A program made the position numbers and the translations under genes. From assembly GCA_009926865.1 (NCBI GenBank), contig RFOD01000002.1, positions 28,576 through 92,575 of the forward strand: a DNA stretch of 64,000 nucleotides, given 5' to 3'. This document shows, one piece after another, positions 48,633 through 56,669 of this stretch. Within the stretch, counting starts at the first letter, position 1; every line of letters starts with the position of its first letter. This stretch comes from Gammaproteobacteria bacterium. GTDB taxonomy: Bacteria; Pseudomonadota; Gammaproteobacteria; Steroidobacterales; Steroidobacteraceae. The notes beneath the pieces are model-generated. The model searched no databases. It was given only the letters and a program-made list of their open reading frames with translations, and was not told the DNA's origin.

Positions 48633-49093
48633 TGAGTCAAGAGTCTCGCGCCGCAGGCTATTTAGGTCTATTGCCATTTGTGGCGAGCTTGGCGTTAGCG
48701 CTTAGTGCTAACGCAGGAGGCGTCGCAAGCTGGTCTGCGGCTGAGACTCGTGCTTATGCTGAACAATTAGGGCTGAGTTGGGGTGCGATTATTTTGACGT
48801 TTGTGGGTGCGGTGCATTGGGGACTTGCGGTCGCCGGCGCGTGTGCTTGGCAGCCCAAATCAGTCCTCACAGCTATTACCCCGTCGGCGGTCGCTTTGCT
48901 GGGTCTTTGGCTTGGCGGTATTCAGGGCTATTCCATTCTCATCGCGGGTCTCGGTTTTTTTTGGTTGTACGAGCGCCGATATTGCACTGAATTTCTGCCC
49001 GCTGATTATGTGCAGTTACGCCGTGTATTAACATTCGCCGTTTGCAGTCTTTTAGCGCTCACAGCCATAGCGCTTGATGTAGGGTCTCTGTAA
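48632..49093 (+). CDS. Four-TM membrane protein (DUF3429-like)
   Basis: 153 aa with four hydrophobic helices and N-terminal AAGYLGLLPF. The family assignment is from memory and tentative. Confidence 0.5.
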   Translation: MSQESRAAGYLGLLPFVASLALALSANAGGVASWSAAETRAYAEQLGLSWGAIILTFVGAVHWGLAVAGACAWQPKSVLTAITPSAVALLGLWLGGIQGYSILIAGLGFFWLYERRYCTEFLPADYVQLRRVLTFAVCSLLALTAIALDVGSL

Positions 49094-50188
49094 TGCTGTT
49101 AGAAGATTTAGCGGAAGCGAAGTGGCTCAAGCGGTTAATCGTTGCCACGTTACTGGCGGCCTTGGTATTGCTGGCTGTAATGATCCTGAAGCCATTTGTT
49201 GTGCCTGTCATTTGGGCGACGATTTTGGCTTATGTGTGTTGGCCGTTGAATCAAAGGCTCGTTGTGCTCATGAAGGGGCGGCGATCCGTCGCTGCGCTCC
49301 TGATGACGCTATTATTGAGCGCGGCCATTATCTTACCGATTGTTTGGTTTGTATTTTTGGTGCGGGCAGAGGCGATGCCATTGGTCCGCGAAATCGGCCC
49401 GCTATTACCGCTTCCAACTTCCCGATTTCGTGGGTCAGATTCCCTACTTAGGTCCGAAGATTGTAGATTTTGTCGCAGAAATAGAGCGGGATCCGAACTT
49501 AATCAACGCCGAGATTCGCGAATTACTAAATCAATACTCTGGGCAAATGACCGACATCATGGGCGGTGTGGGCCGCAATATCGTCAAGCTGGGTTTGTCG
49601 ATGGTTACGCTCTATTTCATGTTTGTGGATGGCGAACGCGTGGCGGCGCAGGTTACGCGCATGTTGCAACAATTCTTTGGTGATGAGCGTGTTAAGCATT
49701 ACGTGGATGCAATCGGTAGCACCGTCAAAGGGGTTGTGTATGGCATTGTCCTCGCAGCGCTAGCGCAAGGGACGTTAGCGGGCATCGGTTATTGGGTCTC
49801 GGGGCTCCCCGCGCCTTTGCTATTTGCCGCGCTCACTTTCATGGTGGGTTTGATTCCTTTCGTTGTGCCCTTTATGTGGATCGGCGCTAGCCTCTGGTTG
49901 CTATTGACTGGTCAGACGGTCGCAGCGATCGGTCTATTTCTCTGGGGAGCCACGGCGGTCAGTTGGGTGGACAACATTGTTCGACCGTTAGTGATTAGTG
50001 GCGCATCGCGTATACCGTTTTTGTTGGTTTTATTTGGAGTCTTAGGGGGTCTCGCTGCCTTCGGGTTGGTCGGGCTCTTCATTGGCCCGGTGATTTTGGC
50101 TGTGCTGATGGCGATTTGGCGTGAATGGTTGTCCGAAAAACGGGCAGCCGCCGAGGAGGGCGAACAACATGACATCCATTCTGCGTAG
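49093..50188 (+). pseudogene. AI-2E (PerM/TqsA) family transporter interrupted by a 1-nt frameshift
   Basis: ORF 49093..49683 carries the N-terminal TM helices. ORF 49340..50188, in a different frame, carries the remaining AI-2E core (GLIPFVVPF ... VDNIVRPLVISG ... GLFIGPVILAV). The frames switch near 49390..49410. Confidence 0.65.
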
Positions 50189-50639
50189 AACAACTTTTAT
50201 CGTTGCGGACGCTGAAGCGTCCGCGCGTTTCTATGAGACTGTTTTCGGTTGGACTCGGTTCTACGACCACGAGCTTGTGGCACGGGCGGGTTTTCCGCCT
50301 GTGGGGCCCAAAGATGAACCTGTCAAACTGGTGATGTTGAAAGCTGAGGATCCGTTGATCGGTATGCTCGGTTTTCTGCAATATCTCGAGCCGCCCTTCG
50401 ATACGGGGGTATTACAAGCGCGTAGTAAAGTCCGCATGGGCGAGCCGATTCTCGTAATCCAGACGGATGATGTGCAGGGCGCACACACGCGTGCGGTCGC
50501 AGGTGGAGCGACCATCTGCCAGCCGCCGACGGATTGGTCGGTGCCTTCGCATGATGGCTCAAGCGTGATTCACCTGCGCTCAATGTCGATGTTTGATCCG
50601 CAGGGCATTTACTCTGAAATCAATCAACACCTGTCTTGA
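50169..50639 (+). CDS. VOC/glyoxalase-family protein
   Basis: From ATG 50169: MTSILRRTTFIVADAEASARFYETVFGW, a typical glyoxalase/bleomycin-resistance fold start. Confidence 0.72.
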   Translation: MTSILRRTTFIVADAEASARFYETVFGWTRFYDHELVARAGFPPVGPKDEPVKLVMLKAEDPLIGMLGFLQYLEPPFDTGVLQARSKVRMGEPILVIQTDDVQGAHTRAVAGGATICQPPTDWSVPSHDGSSVIHLRSMSMFDPQGIYSEINQHLS

Positions 50640-52317
50640 GTAGCGCATCAGCCCAATCACGCATATCGTTGGGTAAAGCCACGAATGTAGCGTTAGTCAC
50701 CTCCCGAGCCGCTTGCTGAGAGTGCTCAAGCTGGGGATCCCACGAGGGGGCCGCAAATTCTACGGATCGTTGCAGTTGAGCTAACTTATCTTTAATGGGG
50801 TAGGAGAAGTGAGCGTGGTAGGCCTTGCGCCACATGCCTTCTGAACGAAATAGCTCGAGCACTCTGGCATTCACCATGACAGGGTCAACATAGGGCTCAG
50901 CACGAATAATGCCAGCGCGCGTGCGTCGGTACCACGGCCAGAACAAGCCTTGATCGCGCATAAGGTACCAAGCCTGTAGTAGATGCCCGCCATACCATAC
51001 AGGCTGGATATCAGGCGTGTAATTCTCCAAAAGCTCCGTACGTAAAGCATCATCAAAATACAGGACATCCGCCATGATTAGTCGGCGAATTCGTTGAGGT
51101 CTCTGCAGAGCAAGCTCAAGACCAACTAATCCGCCACCCCATGTGCCGATAAAGTCGATTTCTTTGATTTGCAAGGAATCGAGTGCTTGTGAGACCGCCT
51201 GCGCATAGGCCGTGACATTGATTTCGCCGCCTACGAGAGTGTTATCTGATTCGCCATGACCGGGAAGATTGAGCGCAATCACCGGTTGCTTGCCAATAAA
51301 TCCGCTTGCGAGAGGTCGAACGATATCGCTTGATCCCGCGGCGTCATGGAGGACGAGAATGGGTGTGCCTGAGCCTTCGTCATTACGTTGCAAGCGCAAC
51401 TGACCACCCGGGATCTCCACATAATCGCTCCACATCCGGCCGGGTATGGCCTTCGGTGCCGTAATGGCGGGCGCGGCAGGCGGTGCGTGTTGCAGGATGA
51501 AGTCGCGACAAAGATCTAGAGTCTCTTCCATGCTGCCACCGACCTTCACAGTCACGCAGTCAGAGCGATGTTGAATCCGATCTAATTGAGTTGATAAGAC
51601 ATCGGTTGCGGCGGCTGTAATCAGTGTGGGTACGCGAAGTTCACGCAGCGTTTGATCTGAGCGCATGGTGAAAGCCGCCCGATATCCGACGCGATAGTGA
51701 TCACCAGAACGCATGAAATCTAGGAGGCCCGCGTGTAGGGCCTCGGCTGAGGGGACATCAATGCTCATTCGGTCGGCGAGCGATTTGCGATACCACGGGA
51801 AAAAGATCGTTTGCTCTCGCATCCTGGCCCACAGCCAAGTCAGATGACTGCCATCCCACTTAGGCTCCAATGCAGGAAGGTAATGGCGCACGATGTCTGC
51901 GCGCTCGGGTTCCGTGAGCATGACGTAGCCATTGGCCGCCGCACACACAATCCGTTCGGGGTAAGCCGCTGCAATGGCACCGCTGATCATGGCGCCTGTA
52001 TGAAAGCCATAGACGGCAGCACGTTCGACACCAATCGCGTCCATGAACTCGATGGCGGCGTCGGCGAAGTCGGACATGTCGGCTTGCTCAACGCCAAGTG
52101 GGTCGGACAAGCCAAAGCCCGGTGAGTCGGGGGCAATGCATGTGAAGTGGGTCTGCCAGCGTTCCATGGTGCTGATCATGTCGCGCGAGGACATCGGGGA
52201 TTGATGAAAGCAAATCACGACGGGGCCTGAACCCGTGCGTCGGTAGTGCACCTGGCGCGCACCAAAGCGACCTTGGCGGATGGTGGCAAAATGACGGGTG
52301 ATACCGGTTGTGCTCAT
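50620..52317 (-). CDS. Tandem (fused) double alpha/beta-hydrolase-fold protein
   Basis: Two successive alpha/beta-hydrolase-like halves. First: VVICFHQSP ... PGFGLSD ... YGFHTGA. Second: ILVLHDAAGS ... PGHGESD ... IGTWGGG. Confidence 0.78.
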   Translation of the reverse strand: MSTTGITRHFATIRQGRFGARQVHYRRTGSGPVVICFHQSPMSSRDMISTMERWQTHFTCIAPDSPGFGLSDPLGVEQADMSDFADAAIEFMDAIGVERAAVYGFHTGAMISGAIAAAYPERIVCAAANGYVMLTEPERADIVRHYLPALEPKWDGSHLTWLWARMREQTIFFPWYRKSLADRMSIDVPSAEALHAGLLDFMRSGDHYRVGYRAAFTMRSDQTLRELRVPTLITAAATDVLSTQLDRIQHRSDCVTVKVGGSMEETLDLCRDFILQHAPPAAPAITAPKAIPGRMWSDYVEIPGGQLRLQRNDEGSGTPILVLHDAAGSSDIVRPLASGFIGKQPVIALNLPGHGESDNTLVGGEINVTAYAQAVSQALDSLQIKEIDFIGTWGGGLVGLELALQRPQRIRRLIMADVLYFDDALRTELLENYTPDIQPVWYGGHLLQAWYLMRDQGLFWPWYRRTRAGIIRAEPYVDPVMVNARVLELFRSEGMWRKAYHAHFSYPIKDKLAQLQRSVEFAAPSWDPQLEHSQQAAREVTNATFVALPNDMRDWADALLKTGVD

Positions 52318-52407
52318 GCGAGAATACCCTTACCTAATGACCGCTTCTAACGTTACCACTGGCCACCCGATCAGATTGTGCCTTTGGCGAGTCGGGCCAC
52401 ACGCAGG

Positions 52408-53745
52408 ATGACATCTTCAGCGTCTGATGATACCGATGCCTCGGCGACGGGCGTTCGTGCGGCTTTATTGCATGCCGATTTTCGTCGTTATGTCTGGGGT
52501 CGCTTCTTCGGCACCATCGCCTGGCAGATGTTGGGTGTCGCGGTGGGTTGGCAGGTCTACTCCATTACCGGCGATCCGCTGGATTTGGGGTTGGTGGGTC
52601 TCGCGCAATTTTTGCCGTTCTTTGCACTTGTTCTTCCGAGTGGTCAATGGGCGGATCGAACGGATCGGCGTTTGATAATTATTGGTGCGTACATCATTGA
52701 GACGATTTGCGCGATCATTTTAATTAGTTTCACGCTTTCAGGCAGTCAAACGGTATGGCCCGTTTTTTTGGCAATGGCGTTATTCGGCGCGGGCCGAGCG
52801 TTATGGATGCCATCGAGTCAGGCCATGATTATCAATCTCGTACCAAACTCGGTTTTGCCAGCTGCGGTCGCCTTTAACTCGAGCTTGTTTCAGGTTGCGG
52901 TGATTGCAGGGCCCTCGATCGGCGGTGTCCTTTATGCGCTCGGCGAGTTACCGATGATGTCGGTATACGCAGGTAGTCTGAATGGTGGCTTGCCCATGGC
53001 GGGTGGGTTCGGTGCGCTGCTGGTGTACACCATTGCGGCTCTGATGTTAATGACGGTAATTTTTTTGATGATCCGGGTTAAGCCTGTGCGAGCGAAGCGG
53101 GTAGCCAATGACACAGGTTGGCGGACCATTTTTGAAGGTCTGCGTTTCGTATGGCAAAAAAAACCAGTGCTCGGTGCGATCTCGCTTGATTTATTTGCTG
53201 TTTTATTTGGTGGCGCAACCGCGCTACTTCCGGTGTTTGCCGCTGACGTGCTGCACGTAGGTCCTGAAGGGCTCGGTATCTTACGTACAGCGCCGGGCGT
53301 CGGGGCCGCTGTGACGGCGATATGGCTAGCACGAAGGCCGATTGCGCGGCACGCTGGAAGTTGGATGTTCGGGGGGGTGGCCTTGTTCGGTGTCGCCACT
53401 ATCGTCTTTGGTTTATCCACCTCGTTTTGGCTGTCTTGCGCCGCCTTATTTCTGCTAGGGGTGGGCGACATGGTGTCGGTGTTTGTTCGACATCTATTGG
53501 TGCAGCTTGAGACGCCTGATGCGATTCGCGGGCGGGTGAGCGCCGTCAACGCCTTGTTTATCGGCGCATCCAATGAGCTCGGCGAATTCGAGTCGGGGCT
53601 CACCGCGCGTTGGTGGGGTGCGGTGCCTGCGGTGGTGGTGGGTGGCGTGCTCTGTCTTGGGGTCGTCGGTGCCTATCTACGCCTCTTTCCGCAGCTGCGT
53701 GTGCTCGATCGCTTTCCAGATCCGGCTACCGCGCGCGACGACTAA
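52408..53745 (+). CDS. MFS transporter (EntS/MFS_3-like)
   Basis: About 12 TM helices. N-terminal FRRYVWGRFFGTIAWQM and GQWADRTDRR, typical of this MFS subfamily. Confidence 0.83.
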   Translation: MTSSASDDTDASATGVRAALLHADFRRYVWGRFFGTIAWQMLGVAVGWQVYSITGDPLDLGLVGLAQFLPFFALVLPSGQWADRTDRRLIIIGAYIIETICAIILISFTLSGSQTVWPVFLAMALFGAGRALWMPSSQAMIINLVPNSVLPAAVAFNSSLFQVAVIAGPSIGGVLYALGELPMMSVYAGSLNGGLPMAGGFGALLVYTIAALMLMTVIFLMIRVKPVRAKRVANDTGWRTIFEGLRFVWQKKPVLGAISLDLFAVLFGGATALLPVFAADVLHVGPEGLGILRTAPGVGAAVTAIWLARRPIARHAGSWMFGGVALFGVATIVFGLSTSFWLSCAALFLLGVGDMVSVFVRHLLVQLETPDAIRGRVSAVNALFIGASNELGEFESGLTARWWGAVPAVVVGGVLCLGVVGAYLRLFPQLRVLDRFPDPATARDD

Positions 53746-53862
53746 GGACCATCACCCAAATCTCCTAGGGTGAGTCACTTGGGAACTCCCGTGTGGCGTC
53801 AGGGGTCATTCTCTTATCGTGGGTGCGTGGCATACTCGACGCATCGCATGAGAGGGCTTCCT

Positions 53863-54540
53863 ATGCGCAAGGCTTGTCGAGTCACCATCCTTGCTGCGAC
53901 CGTGTCGCTGGCCGGCTGCATGAGCGCGGTTATCGAAGAGTCGCGTGAGTTGCCAACCCAGATCGCGGCGGGCGAGGCGGTGGTCATTTTGGCCAAACCT
54001 CAAATTGAAGGCGCGGGTGCTGACGACGATTTTATGGATTGTGTTGGCAAAGGTTTGGATCAGGCCTCCGAGAATATCGTCGTGCACGATAACAATCGGT
54101 TTGTGGATGATTTGTTTCCATGGTTTGAGCCGGCGACGGCTCCGGCTCGGCCTGAAGCGGTCACCGAGCTCTTGAACAAACCGGATGTGGGGGAGCGGAT
54201 CGCGGCGTCAGGCGTGCGTTATCTCGTATGGTTGGACGGTGGGACGCGACGGCTCGATGGCGGTGGCAGTCTGGCGTGTGGAGCCGCGCCGGGGGCGGCA
54301 GGTTGTATCGGGTTCGGTTGGTGGGAAAAAGAGACCGACTACGAAGCCACCATATGGGATTTACAGCGCGCGCGAAGCGCCGGTAGCGTCGGAACGAGTG
54401 TCACGGGAACCTCCGCAATTGTCGGCGCGGTGGTGCCCTTGCCGTTTATTGCTCGAGTGGAAGGAACCGCTTGCGATCGACTCGCAGATCAACTGCATAG
54501 CTTTTTCACAGGGGGTGCTTCCGGGGGGTCAGCTCAATGA
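53863..54540 (+). CDS. Lipoprotein, unknown function (first gene of the candidate kinase/FHA/stator locus)
   Basis: Lipobox MRKACRVTILAATVSLAGC from internal ATG 53863. No recognisable domain. Its stop overlaps the next start (ATGA). Confidence 0.6.
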   Translation: MRKACRVTILAATVSLAGCMSAVIEESRELPTQIAAGEAVVILAKPQIEGAGADDDFMDCVGKGLDQASENIVVHDNNRFVDDLFPWFEPATAPARPEAVTELLNKPDVGERIAASGVRYLVWLDGGTRRLDGGGSLACGAAPGAAGCIGFGWWEKETDYEATIWDLQRARSAGSVGTSVTGTSAIVGAVVPLPFIARVEGTACDRLADQLHSFFTGGASGGSAQ

Positions 54541-55373
54541 AGTGGATGTTCGCGGGATGTCTGCTGTTAGCCCTGATCGCCTTGGGCGCTTGTGCATCGC
54601 CGCCGACAGCCGGTGGCGGTGGAGGCGGTGGCGCGCCTAGCGTGCCGACGACGGGTGGCTCCGGTGGCGGTGGCGCAGGAGATATGCCCAGTGTGCCGAC
54701 GACGGGTGGTTCCGGTGGCGGTGGCGCAGGAGAGATGCCTAGTGTGCCGACGACGGGGTCGCCGGCACCCAGCACGGGCAACGGTGACATGGGTAACGAT
54801 GATGAGGCCGGCGGGAGCGATGTGGATGATGCGGCCACCACAGCGGGAGCGGTTGGCTCGACCGATACGGCTGAAGCGTCGGCTGACGCGTCAGCCGAAG
54901 GTGGTATCTCCGAAGAACCTGCTATGACAGCCGATGAGCGAAAGCGAGCGCTCGCTCGAAAATTAGATGAATCTTTAAACGACTTTGACTCGACACTGGA
55001 AGATGAGCAACGGCGTACGGCTGCCGAGCGTGATGCGCGCACGGCGAGTGCTGCCAGTACTCGCGGCGATGAGATCGGAGATGAGGGCCGTGGCAGTGGC
55101 GGCCGGTCTGGCGATCTTCGCTCAGAGCGAGATCGCCGTCAGTCTACGGTTGCCGGAGGCGCGCGCGGCTCGGGCGGCGCTGCGGGCGGCGCTCGAGACC
55201 GCGGCGCCGTAGGCGCGGGCAGTGGGGCGCCAGATCGGGGTATTCCCTCTGGCGATGATGATGACATTGTTGCACGTAGACTGAGGCGAGCAGCCGAGCA
55301 AGAAACAGATCCGGAGCTCAAAGAGAAGCTGTGGCAGGAATACATTGAGTACAAGCGCAATGCACAGGGATGA
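54537..55373 (+). CDS. Lipoprotein, Gly-rich and acidic, predicted disordered, with tandem repeats
   Basis: Lipobox LIALGAC. Poly-Gly tract and PSVPTTGGSGGGGAG[D/E]M repeats. Long acidic/Arg-rich low-complexity region. Conserved-looking C-terminal helix (DDDIVARRLRRAAEQETDPELKEKLWQEYIEYKRN). Confidence 0.6.
   Translation: MKWMFAGCLLLALIALGACASPPTAGGGGGGGAPSVPTTGGSGGGGAGDMPSVPTTGGSGGGGAGEMPSVPTTGSPAPSTGNGDMGNDDEAGGSDVDDAATTAGAVGSTDTAEASADASAEGGISEEPAMTADERKRALARKLDESLNDFDSTLEDEQRRTAAERDARTASAASTRGDEIGDEGRGSGGRSGDLRSERDRRQSTVAGGARGSGGAAGGARDRGAVGAGSGAPDRGIPSGDDDDIVARRLRRAAEQETDPELKEKLWQEYIEYKRNAQG
54636..54758 (+). repeat. 51-bp in-frame tandem repeat, about 2.4 copies
   Basis: Copies at 54636..54686 and 54687..54737, with a partial copy to about 54758. 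Each full copy encodes PSVPTTGGSGGGGAG(D/E)M. The copies differ at a few mostly synonymous positions. Confidence 0.85.
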
Positions 55374-56652
55374 TGCCATCAAAAATTTTCTCGGGATTCA
55401 TCAAGAAGAGCTGAGTGCCAGCGTGTCTAAACTGACGCTTTTGGCGCTTGGTTTTCTGATCCTGACGGGTTGTGTGGTGAATGAGGTTCGGCCACAACCG
55501 AAGCTACAGGCGGTACAAGCGACGCAGATGATTGCGCAAGCCGAGCTGCTTGATGTTGCGGTCGTTGATTTTGATTCGGGAGTACCGAAAGCCTTACTCG
55601 ACGATGAGCAAGAGCTTGAAAAAAGACGGATTTATCCCGAGGTTAGGCGCGCCGAGTCTCGTCTACTTGCGGTAAGACTCAAAGAAACCTTAGAAAACAC
55701 GGGCCAATGGGGCGCGGTTCGGGTTGTGCCGCCAAGTGTCAATTATGTGGACGTCGTGGTGACTGGGCGGATCATCGAATCAACAGGCTCGGAGCTCGCC
55801 TTGCGAGTATCGGCACGTGATGCGTCGGGGCGAGTTTGGATTGACGACAAGCCCTATCAGGCCGACGCAGATTTGGGTTCCTATAAAACCGAAGCTGCCC
55901 TCAAGGCCCGCGATCCTTTTCAAAATATTTATGTACAGATTGCCGACGATTTACTGGCGGCGCGTCAGCAGTTAAGTGCTACGCAGCGACGCGAGGTTCG
56001 CCAGATCGCAGAATTACGTTTCGCAGGGGATTTAGATCCTGCTTCGTTTTCAGGCTACATACAGGCGAGCGAAGGTGGTCAGTGGTCTCTCGTGCGTTTG
56101 CCAGCAGCAGATGATCCAGCCTTGCTAAGAATTCGAGCTATTCGAGAGCGAGATGCCAGTGTCATCGATACCTTGGATGGCTATAACCAAGAGTTTTCGG
56201 ATCAGTTGTTTGAGTCTTATGGGTCATTTCGTCGTACTAGTCGCGAAGCGATTGAGAAGGCGGATAAGGCTCGAAATCAGGCGATGACCCGTACAGTATT
56301 GGGTGCAGCCGCTGTCTTGGGTAGTATTTTTGTGGGGAGTAATTGCTCGTCCATGGATTACAACTGCCGGCGTATAGACGATGCGGTACGGACTGCTGGG
56401 GTGATTGGTGGGACGGCGGCCGTTATGTCCGGTATAAAAAAATTCTCTGATGCCAAAATTGCGGCACAAGAAGTGCGTGAGTTAGCTGATAGTTTTGAGG
56501 CAGAGGTTGCCGGGCAGGTGGTGGAAGTCGAAGGGCGAACACTCAAATTGACGGGTACTGCTGAAGAGCAATACCGAGAGTGGCGTCGATTGCTGGCGGC
56601 GATCTATCGAGAAGAAACGTTGCCCGAGTCCGCTGCAACGCCAGCACCGTAG
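55345..56652 (+). CDS. Lipoprotein/membrane protein, unknown function
   Basis: Lipobox LGFLILTGC. The N-terminal domain has VAVVDFDSG, which looks LpoB/CsgG-like (inference). The C-terminal region has Gly-rich hydrophobic segments (VLGAAAVLGSIFVG, GVIGGTAAVMSG). Overlaps the upstream gene. Confidence 0.55.
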   Translation: MSTSAMHRDDAIKNFLGIHQEELSASVSKLTLLALGFLILTGCVVNEVRPQPKLQAVQATQMIAQAELLDVAVVDFDSGVPKALLDDEQELEKRRIYPEVRRAESRLLAVRLKETLENTGQWGAVRVVPPSVNYVDVVVTGRIIESTGSELALRVSARDASGRVWIDDKPYQADADLGSYKTEAALKARDPFQNIYVQIADDLLAARQQLSATQRREVRQIAELRFAGDLDPASFSGYIQASEGGQWSLVRLPAADDPALLRIRAIRERDASVIDTLDGYNQEFSDQLFESYGSFRRTSREAIEKADKARNQAMTRTVLGAAAVLGSIFVGSNCSSMDYNCRRIDDAVRTAGVIGGTAAVMSGIKKFSDAKIAAQEVRELADSFEAEVAGQVVEVEGRTLKLTGTAEEQYREWRRLLAAIYREETLPESAATPAP

Positions 56653-56669
56653 CCGACGCTGGAGCGCTG

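Noticed and set aside
49093-50188. Treating ORFs 49093..49683 and 49340..50188 as two genuine overlapping genes.
   Set aside because: Together they reconstitute one AI-2E transporter. The tail of the first ORF and the head of the second are compositionally aberrant out-of-frame translations.
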